Source: a virus
Length of the DNA stretch: 64,000 nucleotides
Direction: 5' to 3' (one strand)
IMG/VR virus record: IMGVR_UViG_3300010885_018971
Span: 1-64,000 of that record
A model generated the notes under the pieces. The model did no database searches. It saw nothing but the letters and a program-made list of their open reading frames with translations, and was not told the DNA's origin. This document shows positions 9,590 to 17,662 of this stretch, in pieces. The position numbers and the translations under genes are program-made. Within the stretch, counting starts at the first letter, position 1; every line of letters begins with the position of its first letter.

Positions 9590-9820
9590 ATGACAGATCA
9601 TATAAGCAGTGAAATTGTTTTTGTTTTAACAGAGAGCACCGATAATGGGGATGGTGTTCTTGGTGTTTATCGTGACTATGATAGAGCATTCAAAGAGAAG
9701 TGCGCTTTCATTCGTGACTACTATGATATTTCCGAGGATGATATAGCAGATGAAGATCTTGATGATGAGATTGAGCCAATGGGTGCATATTATGATATTG
9801 TTAAAAGGCATCTGTTATGA
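9590..9820 (+). CDS. Acidic hypothetical protein
   Basis: Coupled ORF. Confidence 0.6.
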   Translation: MTDHISSEIVFVLTESTDNGDGVLGVYRDYDRAFKEKCAFIRDYYDISEDDIADEDLDDEIEPMGAYYDIVKRHLL

Positions 9821-9840
9821 ATAAATTCACGAAAGGTAAA

Positions 9841-10116
9841 ATGGAAAATAAACAGAATGAAGAAATCCTGCTGATTACGCAGGAAGAATGTGCCGAGGTA
9901 ACTCAGGCAATTAGTAAAGTGTTTCGTTTCGGTATGGAAGCTGAACATAATGGTGCAACTAATCGTGAGCGACTTGAAGAAGAAGTTGGTGATTTGATGT
10001 GCATGATTGATCTCATGATTGATAGTGGGATGATTAGCGAATCCGCAGTCATGACTGCCAAACATGAGAAACTGAATAAACTCATGACATGGTCTAACAT
10101 TAGGAGTGTTGCATGA
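9841..10116 (+). CDS. MazG-like nucleotide pyrophosphohydrolase
   Basis: EECAEV...EEEVGDL motif. Confidence 0.8.
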   Translation: MENKQNEEILLITQEECAEVTQAISKVFRFGMEAEHNGATNRERLEEEVGDLMCMIDLMIDSGMISESAVMTAKHEKLNKLMTWSNIRSVA

Positions 10117-10334
10117 ACGATATAACGATCCATGGAGTTAGTAAGCGTCAGAAACGCATGTTGAACATCATGTGGAATCTAGAGAGTGAAGAAGATTACT
10201 TTGAATGGTATAATTCTTTAGACGAAGAATTGCAGAAAGAAGCCGAGTTATTGCAACGTATGATTGTAATGGCTTCTTTGGATAATAAAGAGATGGACTT
10301 GACAGAAGCAAAGGAATTGTTGTCAAAATTTTAG
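10113..10334 (+). CDS. Hypothetical protein
   Basis: Coupled ORF with AGGAG RBS. Confidence 0.65.
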   Translation: MNDITIHGVSKRQKRMLNIMWNLESEEDYFEWYNSLDEELQKEAELLQRMIVMASLDNKEMDLTEAKELLSKF

Positions 10335-10363
10335 TTGACTTGCAAGAGGGAATGATGTATAAT
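10335..10363 (+). promoter_or_regulatory. sigma70-type promoter (leaderless transcript)
   Basis: TTGACT-17-TATAAT, ATG 6 nt downstream. Confidence 0.85.
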
Positions 10364-10369
10364 AAACCT

Positions 10370-10492
10370 ATGAAACCTAGAAATCTTGTCGCAAAAGATT
10401 TACGCACTCCAAAGTACCGCATGCGTGTCGTGGAGTCGAAGGTTCAGTACGTTCGTCAACCTAAACATAGGAAACCTAATCATGTTGAATAA
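10370..10492 (+). CDS. Small basic ArfA-like peptide (40 aa)
   Basis: MKPRNLVAKDLRTPKYRMRVVESKVQYVRQPKHRKPNHVE read by hand; pattern N....L..P.(F/Y)R.RV...K..Y.R..KH as in ArfA. Confidence 0.55.
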   Translation: MKPRNLVAKDLRTPKYRMRVVESKVQYVRQPKHRKPNHVE

Positions 10493-10724
10493 AGAGTATG
10501 AGTTCTTTCGTCAGGGGTTACTCAAAACCGTAACGATTAAAGAACATGCGTATGATGTAATCGAATTCTCGATCACTCAGAAAGTAACTAATGAATCTGG
10601 CAAGGTATTGATTGATAGTGGCCACACATCATTCTTCACTCCAGATGAATTCAAACAGTTTTTCGCACCAATTGTAAATGATATGAAGGAGTATATTGAA
10701 AATGACCTCAACCAAACTGAATGA
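10482..10724 (+). CDS. Hypothetical protein
   Basis: ATG overlapping previous ORF. Confidence 0.65.
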   Translation: MLNKEYEFFRQGLLKTVTIKEHAYDVIEFSITQKVTNESGKVLIDSGHTSFFTPDEFKQFFAPIVNDMKEYIENDLNQTE

Positions 10725-10974
10725 AAATGAAATCCTTGAAAACCTGCGCACTAACAACGAAGGCATCCGAGTTCTATTCACCAAAAAAGATGGAACAGAA
10801 CGAGAAATGCTCTGCACCCTTGCTGAGTCAGCTATTCCCATGGACAAGCAACCGAAAGGTGAAGGTAGCAGCACTGTTGGATCCGCAGTTCGCGTATTCG
10901 ATCTCGACAAAAGCGAATGGCGTTCATTCCGATGGGACTCAGTGAAATCTGTTAATGGAGTTGTTTATGAATAA
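10702..10974 (+). CDS. WYL_2/SH3-like beta-barrel phage protein
   Basis: FTKKDGTEREM.CTL...VFDLDK.EWRSFR. Confidence 0.75.
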   Translation: MTSTKLNENEILENLRTNNEGIRVLFTKKDGTEREMLCTLAESAIPMDKQPKGEGSSTVGSAVRVFDLDKSEWRSFRWDSVKSVNGVVYE

Positions 10975-11176
10975 ATTATTCAGTGGTATTAGTGGAATTG
11001 GTTTGGTATTTTTCGTGCTTTTAATTATTGCACTGGTAATAATTGCTCCATTTCTAGTAATCTGGGCATTGAATACTTTGTTTCCAGTTCTAGCAATCCC
11101 CACTACGTTTGATACTTGGTCTGCAATTGTCTTGATTCATGCGTTTTTGCACTCGACTATTTCATTTAAAAAGTAA
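10967..11176 (+). CDS. Small membrane protein
   Basis: Two hydrophobic segments. Confidence 0.65.
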   Translation: MNKLFSGISGIGLVFFVLLIIALVIIAPFLVIWALNTLFPVLAIPTTFDTWSAIVLIHAFLHSTISFKK

Positions 11177-11229
11177 CCCTACTGGGTGAAGGGTTATCGC
11201 TTGACTTTTATTCCGTTTTCAGGTATAAT
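11177..11229 (+). promoter_or_regulatory. Early promoter with CCCT-N9-AGGG dyad
   Basis: TTGACT 11201, 17 bp, TATAAT 11224. Confidence 0.85.
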
Positions 11230-11254
11230 AAATTATATTATGGAGGTTTAACCT

Positions 11255-12385
11255 ATGGCTATGAATACTGCAAAACGTAAACAAGTGATCGCTCGAGCCC
11301 AGCAAAGTGCGCTTGGTTCAGAGTTTACACTATCACAAGAAAACTACACACGAGATCTTATCCACGCATTAAACTATTACAATGCGAACAATGACGACAA
11401 AGATAAGAAGAAGTGGTTCATCACACACATAGCGAAGGTCGACAAGAAATTGGCAGTCTCGCTACTGAAGGTAGATGAAAATCATTTCCGTCATGCTGGA
11501 ATTCTTGCTCGCTTGATTGATAGTGGCTCTGAACTGCAAGAGAAAGAAATCAATTACCTCAATCAGCGTATTGAGTTTTTGAAGTCTCAAATTGACAAGC
11601 GTCAAAAGTCCGAAGATAAACAAGCAAAGAAAGATGCCGTAACTGCGGCACTGGTCGCTGCACAACCATCTATCCAACAACGCATGGAAGAGAAAGCCCA
11701 TGATCTTGCTGGCGAGATTGAAGGTGCAATCGATGACTTTGTTCTTGGTGGTTGCAAAAGTGATTTCTCAGCAAAGAACTATCTGTTGACTAATCAAGTG
11801 GCTGGACCGATTGCTAAACGTATCGGTGATTTGTTTATTCCATTATCTAAAGAACTAAACGAAGTTCTGGTGGGCGAAGACGAACAGCTGGTAGAAGGTT
11901 ACTCAAACTTCAACAAACGTGAGATGAAACGATACGTCGAGTTCATCGATACGATTATTGCTGATTGTCAACAGATGGTTCAAACTGCCAAGGCTAATCG
12001 TGCACCACGTAAGCGTAAACCAGTTTCTCCAACCAAGTTGGTATCACGTATGAAGTTCTTGCGTGAGTTTGCTGAATTGAATCTCAAGTCAATCAAGCCA
12101 GATACAATTATTGGTTCTAGCGAGTTGTGGTTCTACAATACCAAATACCGTAGAATCGGTGTTTACAAAGCAATCGGTGACACTCTGTCCGTAAAAGGTA
12201 CATCGATTATTGGATTTGATGTCAAAGAATCGAAAGCATTTACGCTACGTAAGCCAGAAGAATTCTTCAAGGGACTTGCGCTGGGTAAGCGTGCATTGAA
12301 TGCCGCAATGAAGACTTTGACAACTAAACCATCTGCTCCAAATGGTCGTATTAATGAAGAAACAATTTTGATTGGAGCATTTTAA
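11255..12385 (+). CDS. Hypothetical protein upstream of rnh (376 aa)
   Basis: Long ORF, GGAGG RBS. Confidence 0.8.
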   Translation: MAMNTAKRKQVIARAQQSALGSEFTLSQENYTRDLIHALNYYNANNDDKDKKKWFITHIAKVDKKLAVSLLKVDENHFRHAGILARLIDSGSELQEKEINYLNQRIEFLKSQIDKRQKSEDKQAKKDAVTAALVAAQPSIQQRMEEKAHDLAGEIEGAIDDFVLGGCKSDFSAKNYLLTNQVAGPIAKRIGDLFIPLSKELNEVLVGEDEQLVEGYSNFNKREMKRYVEFIDTIIADCQQMVQTAKANRAPRKRKPVSPTKLVSRMKFLREFAELNLKSIKPDTIIGSSELWFYNTKYRRIGVYKAIGDTLSVKGTSIIGFDVKESKAFTLRKPEEFFKGLALGKRALNAAMKTLTTKPSAPNGRINEETILIGAF

Positions 12386-12594
12386 TGAATAAACAATTTT
12401 CAATACCTTGGGAAGTTGCCGAAGGTATTACACTGGCTAGTTTGGAAGATCATCTGAAGATGTTGAGACAAGAAGTTAAAGATCATTTAGAGAATGGAAG
12501 TTATATGCATCCCGAGGACTATGCGGATTCAATGACTCGGCTAATTCCTTCTCTTGAAGTATTGATTCAGTACTACGGAGGTAGTATAAAATGA
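12385..12594 (+). CDS. Hypothetical protein
   Basis: Coupled ORF. Confidence 0.6.
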   Translation: MNKQFSIPWEVAEGITLASLEDHLKMLRQEVKDHLENGSYMHPEDYADSMTRLIPSLEVLIQYYGGSIK

Positions 12595-13484
12595 TTTTAG
12601 TAGACTACTCACAAGTGGCTCTATCTGCTATCTTGACTTTTCAACGTGAGTTGAAGGGTACTGAATCAGAGGTAAAGAATTTGATTCGCCATGTAACACT
12701 CTCCACAATCAAGTCATACAAGAAAAAGTATGGCAAAGAATATGGACAGGTTGTAATCTGCTGTGATGGACGCAAGTACTGGCGTAGAGATTTCTTTCAA
12801 CAATACAAAGCAAGTCGTAAGAAAGCACGTGAAGCGTCTGATTTGAACTGGACTTTGATCTTTGATACACTGTCAGAAATGCGTGACGACTTGTCTAAAC
12901 ACTTTCCATATAAAGTGATGCATTTGGAAAGATGCGAAGCCGATGATGTTATTGCAGCACTGACAAAGTGGGCACAAGAAAACGAATTGGTTACTGAGGG
13001 ACTGGTTGAGGAATCCCAGAAGATTCTTATCCTATCGTCAGACAAAGACTTCAAACAACTTCAGCTGTATCCCAACGTGAAGCAGTGGTCACCCATGCAG
13101 AAGAAGTATGTTACAGCAACTCAACGAGAAATCATAGAGTATAAAATCGAGCACATCGTGAAGGGTGATGCTGGTGATGGTATTCCAAACATTCTTAGTA
13201 AGGACGATGTATTTGTTACTGGTGAACGCCAGAAACCTATGAGCGCAAAACGTCTTCAGGAATTTATTGACAATGGTTTCATTGCATGTAAGAATGACGA
13301 TGAGCGTCGTAACTGGCAGCGCAATACAGTTCTGGTTGACTTCGATCACATCCCTGATGATGTTCGTTCAGAGATTGTCAATACATACATAAATACAAAA
13401 CCGACTGGCGATAAGATGGCTATCATGAACTATCTTATCGCCAATAAATGTCGTTTGTTATTGGATGAACTAGAGGATTTTTAA
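12591..13484 (+). CDS. rnh: T4-type RNase H (5'-3' exonuclease)
   Basis: ILVDYSQ, YWRR..F..YKA.R, EADD, SSDKDF.QL, GD.GDGIPN. Confidence 0.93.
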   Translation: MILVDYSQVALSAILTFQRELKGTESEVKNLIRHVTLSTIKSYKKKYGKEYGQVVICCDGRKYWRRDFFQQYKASRKKAREASDLNWTLIFDTLSEMRDDLSKHFPYKVMHLERCEADDVIAALTKWAQENELVTEGLVEESQKILILSSDKDFKQLQLYPNVKQWSPMQKKYVTATQREIIEYKIEHIVKGDAGDGIPNILSKDDVFVTGERQKPMSAKRLQEFIDNGFIACKNDDERRNWQRNTVLVDFDHIPDDVRSEIVNTYINTKPTGDKMAIMNYLIANKCRLLLDELEDF

Positions 13485-13933
13485 TGAGAAAATATGTTAC
13501 ACAAATGTTGGAAGACATTAATAATGATCCAGCAAATATTACCAACTACAAAGGTGATGGTGCATTGCGTTTGATTCTTGAGTATGCATTTGATCCAGAG
13601 AAGAAAATGATTCTTCCTGAGGGAGAGCCACCTTTTAAACATGCAGCAGAACCATTGGGTATGACACCAACTAATTTGTTTGGAGAGTTGCGTCGTCTTT
13701 ATATTTTCTGTCGTGCAGATTTGACAATTGTAAAGCGAGAAAGTTTATTCATCTCGTTGCTTGAAGGTGTGCACCCAACAGAAGCTAAAATGTTATGCGC
13801 TGTCAAAGATCAGACCTTACACAAGATGTATCCTAAGATTACTCGAAAAGTAGTAGAAGAGGCAGGGTTTGTATCCCCAGTTGCAAAAAAGGTAGTAGCA
13901 AAAAAATCAAAGGCTGGTGCGACCCAGCCCTGA
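13484..13933 (+). CDS. Hypothetical protein downstream of rnh
   Basis: LPEGEPPF, RE.LFI.LLEG.HP.EA pattern. Confidence 0.75.
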   Translation: MRKYVTQMLEDINNDPANITNYKGDGALRLILEYAFDPEKKMILPEGEPPFKHAAEPLGMTPTNLFGELRRLYIFCRADLTIVKRESLFISLLEGVHPTEAKMLCAVKDQTLHKMYPKITRKVVEEAGFVSPVAKKVVAKKSKAGATQP

Positions 13934-14006
13934 AGTTGAGGGTTGCCCAGCCTTGGTGGAGAAGGGTCATAAATCGCTTTACTTTAATTCATAAATAGTG
14001 TATAAT
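13928..14006 (+). promoter_or_regulatory. Early promoter with tandem dyad-like elements
   Basis: TTTACT 13978, 17 bp, TATAAT 14001; two AGGG half-sites upstream. Confidence 0.8.
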
Positions 14007-14036
14007 TATACTATGGAAACAAGAAAAGGAAAGAAA

Positions 14037-14372
14037 ATGAAGAAACTTATTGCAAGTATTATCATTGCTGGATCCGCTGTTGCAATCCCTGCACAAGCCC
14101 AACATTATGGTCATGGTGGTTACCATCGATCAGGTGGTGGTAATGGATGGGTTGCGCCATTGATTGGTGGAGTTATCATTGGTGGTGTTTTAAGCCAGCC
14201 AAGATATGTTTACCCAGCCCCACCTCCAGTGTATGTTTACCCACAACCACAGGTAGTTTACGGAGCACCAACCACAATGCCTGTAATTCCAGCACCTGGA
14301 CAAGTATGTGAATTGAGATCAGAAATGATCAATGGTCAAGTAGTAACAGGAAACTTCTGCTACTCAAGATAA
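14037..14372 (+). CDS. Secreted Gly/Pro-rich protein
   Basis: Signal peptide ending AQA, YVYP repeats. Confidence 0.7.
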   Translation: MKKLIASIIIAGSAVAIPAQAQHYGHGGYHRSGGGNGWVAPLIGGVIIGGVLSQPRYVYPAPPPVYVYPQPQVVYGAPTTMPVIPAPGQVCELRSEMINGQVVTGNFCYSR

Positions 14373-14402
14373 TGTTTTTGTAATGGTTAAAGGAAGATCC
14401 TG

Positions 14403-15164
14403 ATGTTTTGGTTTAAGAGAAAAGATATTGTTATTGATTGTTTCATAGCCGATGAATTGATATACAATAATTTTAAACTGGATAAAGCGAATAAATTTAT
14501 TCCACAAGAATGGAAAAATCTTCCGCCCCATCATGAGTTTAAATCAAACTCAGATCCAGAATCAACTTTAACTGTTGAGATAGGCACTCTAAAGAAATGT
14601 AAAGGGTTTATTGATTTATTCTCAAGAGGATTTATTCTACCATACTGGGCAGATACGCAAGTACAGGCTTTTACGGATAGGTATGTTTTCGCAGGGCAGT
14701 ATAAATCAGAACCAAATTCTAATTTTAGTGGACATGCTCCAGCACAATATGGTGAAATTTACACAGACTGTGCACAGATTAAATTGGAATGCCCATGGTT
14801 TCTGCAAGAGAAGACTGGAGTTAAATTTGCTTGGAATGAATGCACTTGGCATAATACTCATCGCGCAGGGATTTTTCACATACCTTCTGCTGTTATAGAT
14901 TTTAAATATCAATTTTTGGTTAATGTAAATATCTTTGTTAAGAAAGACACAAGTTTAAAATTAAATGCTGGTGATCCCTTGGTGCATATTCTACCGCTAT
15001 CAGAAAATAATGTTGTACTAAAACATCATTTGGTGAGTCAAACTGAGTATGATAGATTTCAAAATAACTACATTGAATCTATCGGATATAAAAATGCAAG
15101 AGAAATCAGAAAAGATTTAAAATTTAACACTAAAGGTAAATGTCCTTTTGGATTTGGAAAATGA
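14403..15164 (+). CDS. Hypothetical beta-rich protein ending GKCPFGFGK
   Basis: T.K.C.GF.D....GF, G.PLVH.LP; family not securely recognised. Confidence 0.7.
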   Translation: MFWFKRKDIVIDCFIADELIYNNFKLDKANKFIPQEWKNLPPHHEFKSNSDPESTLTVEIGTLKKCKGFIDLFSRGFILPYWADTQVQAFTDRYVFAGQYKSEPNSNFSGHAPAQYGEIYTDCAQIKLECPWFLQEKTGVKFAWNECTWHNTHRAGIFHIPSAVIDFKYQFLVNVNIFVKKDTSLKLNAGDPLVHILPLSENNVVLKHHLVSQTEYDRFQNNYIESIGYKNAREIRKDLKFNTKGKCPFGFGK

Positions 15165-15616
15165 AACAAGAATGGATTGATGCATTCATGGACACTGCGG
15201 AGAGATTCGCAGATTTGTCTAGTGCAATTCGTTTGAAGGTAGGTGCAGTAGTTGTAAAAGACAATCGCATCATCTCAATTGGATATAATGGAACACCTGC
15301 TGGATGGGATAACTGTTGTGAAGAAGTGGTTGATGTTAGTCCCAATGATCCAAGATATGACTACAATCATTTCACTAAAGAATTGAAAACAAAAGATGAG
15401 GTTATTCATGCTGAAGCAAATGCTATTCTCAAACTTGCACGTGATGGTGAATCAGGCAATGGTGCCAGTTTATTCTGTACTCATGCTCCTTGTTTGCATT
15501 GCGCTAAGTTGATCTATGGTGCAGGTATCTCGAGTGTTTACTATCGTAATGCATATCGTAACAATGATGGAATTGATTTTTTAAATAAGTGTAATATTAA
15601 TGTTCTCGCAGGATAA
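15161..15616 (+). CDS. cd: dCMP deaminase
   Basis: KVGAV, GYNG, HAEANA, PCLHC zinc motifs. Confidence 0.93.
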   Translation: MKQEWIDAFMDTAERFADLSSAIRLKVGAVVVKDNRIISIGYNGTPAGWDNCCEEVVDVSPNDPRYDYNHFTKELKTKDEVIHAEANAILKLARDGESGNGASLFCTHAPCLHCAKLIYGAGISSVYYRNAYRNNDGIDFLNKCNINVLAG

Positions 15617-16157
15617 AATTATTTCATACCAGTTAGATAGTAATGAATTTACTGATGTTCAACGGGAACTTGATGCCTTCTATGAACTTGATATTCCATA
15701 TGGAAACCCGCACGATAAAAGTGCATTGGAAAGAGGACTGAACATCCATATTCCAAAGCTACATATTAGTTATGTGTCATTCGGGGAGAACGTAATAGAT
15801 ATGCATAACTTAAAATACTTGAAAAAAATTATTTTAAAATATGCACCAACAGATAATTGCTACATTGGTCAGAGTTGGGCAACTGACATGAAGGTTGGAA
15901 CAATGGCAGCATTGCACAATCATGTTTTTTTGGAGAATGATTTGTTTTTATGTGGGGTTTACTACCATGATGTAGATCCATCTGATACGCAAATACACTT
16001 TGCATCAGATGAGATGCAAACACAATTTGTAGCATTCGAAATGAAACCTGGAAAACTAATGTTTTGGCCAACTGAGTACGTGCATGGTATACCATTGAAA
16101 TCAAATCCCACAAAAAGAAGATCAGTTTCTTTCAATTTATACAAAAATGAAGACTGA
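15600..16157 (+). CDS. Putative 2OG-Fe(II) oxygenase
   Basis: SW, HNH, GVYY, PG.L.FWP...H, RRSVSFN. Confidence 0.75.
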   Translation: MFSQDKIISYQLDSNEFTDVQRELDAFYELDIPYGNPHDKSALERGLNIHIPKLHISYVSFGENVIDMHNLKYLKKIILKYAPTDNCYIGQSWATDMKVGTMAALHNHVFLENDLFLCGVYYHDVDPSDTQIHFASDEMQTQFVAFEMKPGKLMFWPTEYVHGIPLKSNPTKRRSVSFNLYKNED

Positions 16158-16176
16158 CGTGTCCTAAATAGAATTA

Positions 16177-16237
16177 CCCTACTGCAAAAAGGGTAATTAA
16201 AATTTAACTTTACTTTTATTCAAAAAGGCTGTATAAT
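16177..16237 (+). promoter_or_regulatory. Promoter of tRNA operon 1 (dyad, -35 TTTACT, -10 TATAAT)
   Basis: CCCT-N9-AGGG 16177-16193; TTTACT 16209; 17 bp; TATAAT 16232. Confidence 0.88.
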
Positions 16238-16244
16238 TTCTACT

Positions 16245-16358
16245 ATGAAATCGATATCCTGTTTAGCGTCAAGAAAACACCTACCACTCAATAGTGGCTG
16301 GTCGTATGCACGCCCACAGTTTGAGATTACAATGGATCTTGGGGGTTTTGGAAAGTAA
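16245..16358 (+). CDS. Leaderless attenuator leader peptide, 37 aa (MKSISCLASRKHLPLNSGWSYARPQFEITMDLGGFGK)
   Basis: ATG 7 nt after -10 box, no SD; 32 distinct codons; stop lies inside antiterminator 5' arm. Confidence 0.75.
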   Translation: MKSISCLASRKHLPLNSGWSYARPQFEITMDLGGFGK

Positions 16359-16391
16359 AGTGTAACAGATAGTTTACTTCCCAAAGCCCTC
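16341..16391 (+). promoter_or_regulatory. Antiterminator hairpin
   Basis: GGGGGTTTTGGAAAGTAAA (16341-16359) pairs with TTTACTTCCCAAAGCCCTC (16373-16391): 18 of 19 positions incl. 2 G-U. Confidence 0.8.
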
Positions 16392-16422
16392 TGAGATGAA
16401 AGTCCAGAGGGTTTTTTGTTTT
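16383..16422 (+). terminator. Intrinsic terminator, mutually exclusive with the antiterminator
   Basis: CCCTCTG-a-GAT-GAAA-GTC-CAGAGGG followed by TTTTTTGTTTT. Confidence 0.88.
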
Positions 16423-16439
16423 AGGGCATCGTCCCAAAT

Positions 16440-16455
16440 TGTTCTTTAAAAATTT
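16440..16455 (+). promoter_or_regulatory. rrn-type boxA antitermination site
   Basis: TGTTCTTTAAAAATTT vs rrn boxA TGCTCTTTAACAATTT; identical copy at 17755. Confidence 0.75.
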
Positions 16456-16469
16456 GCGTACCAAATTGT

Positions 16470-16545
16470 AGGGGATTCGCCAAGTCGGTAAGGCACTGGA
16501 TTTTGATTCCAGCATGCGGTGGTTCGAGCCCATCATCCCCTGCCA
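16470..16545 (+). tRNA. tRNA-Gln(TTG)
   Basis: Cloverleaf, CTGGA-TTTTGAT-TCCAG, CCA. Confidence 0.93.
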
Positions 16546-16549
16546 AATT

Positions 16550-16625
16550 GCGTCCTTAGCTCAGCTGGTAGAGCAGTAGACTTTTAATCTATTGGTCGTG
16601 GGTTCGAATCCCGCAGGACGCACCA
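16550..16625 (+). tRNA. tRNA-Lys(TTT)
   Basis: Cloverleaf, CTTTTAA loop, CCA. Confidence 0.95.
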
Positions 16626-16658
16626 TATAAAAATGTATTACACAGTATGTTTTTATAT

Positions 16659-16734
16659 GGTGATTGTAGCTCAATGGTAGAGTCCAGGATTGTGATTCCT
16701 GTTGTTGTGAGTTCGAATCTCATCAGTCACCCCA
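16659..16734 (+). tRNA. tRNA-His(GTG)
   Basis: Encoded G-1 and C73, TTGTGAT loop, CCA. Confidence 0.93.
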
Positions 16735-16736
16735 AT

Positions 16737-16812
16737 GCCAAGGTAGCTCATCAGGTAGAGCACCAGACTGAAAATCTGGGTGTGGTTGGTTCGAGTCCAA
16801 CTCTTGGTACCA
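16737..16812 (+). tRNA. tRNA-Phe(GAA)
   Basis: CTGAAAA loop, CCA. Confidence 0.93.
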
Positions 16813-16817
16813 GTTAT

Positions 16818-16892
16818 AGCCAATTAGCTCAGTGGTAGAGCAATCGCTTGATAAGCGATAGGTCAGTGGATCGTAACCACTATTGGCTACCA
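16818..16892 (+). tRNA. tRNA-Ile(GAT)
   Basis: TTGATAA loop; atypical T-loop ATCGTAA; CCA. Confidence 0.9.
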
Positions 16893-16898
16893 AGTTAT

Positions 16899-16990
16899 GG
16901 AAAGTAATGCAGGTGCGTTGGTGCGCCGACCAGCCTTGAAAACTGGGTTCTCAGAAATGGGATGGGGTTCGACTCCTCTGCTTTCCGCCA
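16899..16990 (+). tRNA. tRNA-Ser(TGA)
   Basis: CTTGAAA loop, long variable arm, G73, CCA. Confidence 0.88.
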
Positions 16991-16995
16991 GTTAT

Positions 16996-17070
16996 ACCCT
17001 CTTAGTAAAATGAATATTACACATCGCTACGAACGATGAAGTGGTGGTTTGATTCCATCAGAGGGTACCA
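16996..17070 (+). tRNA. tRNA-Arg(ACG)
   Basis: CATCG-CTACGAA-CGATG; atypical D and T loops; CCA. Confidence 0.85.
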
Positions 17071-17075
17071 AGTTA

Positions 17076-17165
17076 GGAAGATGGGCAGGACGGTAATGCA
17101 GCAGATTGCTAATCTGTAGGGTGTAGTAATACGCTCACAGGGTTCGATTCCCTGATCTTCCACCA
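17076..17165 (+). tRNA. tRNA-Ser(GCT)
   Basis: TTGCTAA loop, long variable arm, CCA. Confidence 0.9.
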
Positions 17166-17171
17166 GAGTTT

Positions 17172-17256
17172 GCGAGTATGGTGAAATAGGTAGACACAAG
17201 AGACTTAAAATCTCTCGACGCAAGTCGTGCTGGTTCGATTCCTGCTACTCGCACCA
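17172..17256 (+). tRNA. tRNA-Leu(TAA)
   Basis: CTTAAAA loop, variable arm, CCA. Confidence 0.93.
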
Positions 17257-17257
17257 T

Positions 17258-17334
17258 GTCACTTTAGCTCAGTAGGATAGAGCAACAACCTTCTAAGTTG
17301 TGGGTCAGTGGTTCGAATCCACTAAGTGACGCCA
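17258..17334 (+). tRNA. tRNA-Arg(TCT)
   Basis: CTTCTAA loop, CCA. Confidence 0.93.
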
Positions 17335-17340
17335 GATATT

Positions 17341-17415
17341 GGGCTGATAGCTTAATGGTAAAGCAGTCGACTCATAATCGATTGAGTCTAGGTTCAATTC
17401 CTAGTCAGCCCACCA
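17341..17415 (+). tRNA. tRNA(CAT), probably Ile2 (lysidine-modified, reads ATA)
   Basis: GTCGA-CTCATAA-TCGAT resembles bacterial Ile2; separate fMet and Met genes are present. Confidence 0.8.
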
Positions 17416-17420
17416 GATAT

Positions 17421-17495
17421 GCACGTGTGACTGAATGGTAAGGTAGCGGTTTGCAAGTCCGATGTTCACAGGTTCGATTCCTGTCACGTGCTCCA
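17421..17495 (+). tRNA. tRNA-Cys(GCA)
   Basis: GCA anticodon, U73, weak anticodon stem, CCA. Confidence 0.82.
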
Positions 17496-17497
17496 GA

Positions 17498-17644
17498 TTA
17501 TTTTTTATTGTAAAGTTCGAAAAGAGTTTTTACTTTTTCTTCTAACACAGAAAGACGATTGTCAGCTTTTGCAAGTACAATCACCAATGTGATGAATCCA
17601 AGAAAGACTGGCCACAACTTCATGATGTTATCGATTAGATCCAT
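17498..17644 (-). CDS. Small single-TM/coiled-coil protein (48 aa), late, antisense within the tRNA array
   Basis: MDLIDNIMKLWPVFLGFITLVIVLAKADNRLSVLEEKVKTLFELYNKK; GGAGGA RBS; TATAAATA upstream. Confidence 0.8.
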   Translation of the reverse strand: MDLIDNIMKLWPVFLGFITLVIVLAKADNRLSVLEEKVKTLFELYNKK

Positions 17645-17662
17645 GGTTCCTCCATTTTGCTC

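Noticed and set aside
16245-16422. T-box or metabolite riboswitch as explanation of the tRNA leader
   Set aside because: No T-box UGGNACC bulge or recognisable aptamer; the ORF stop position fits ribosome-mediated attenuation better.
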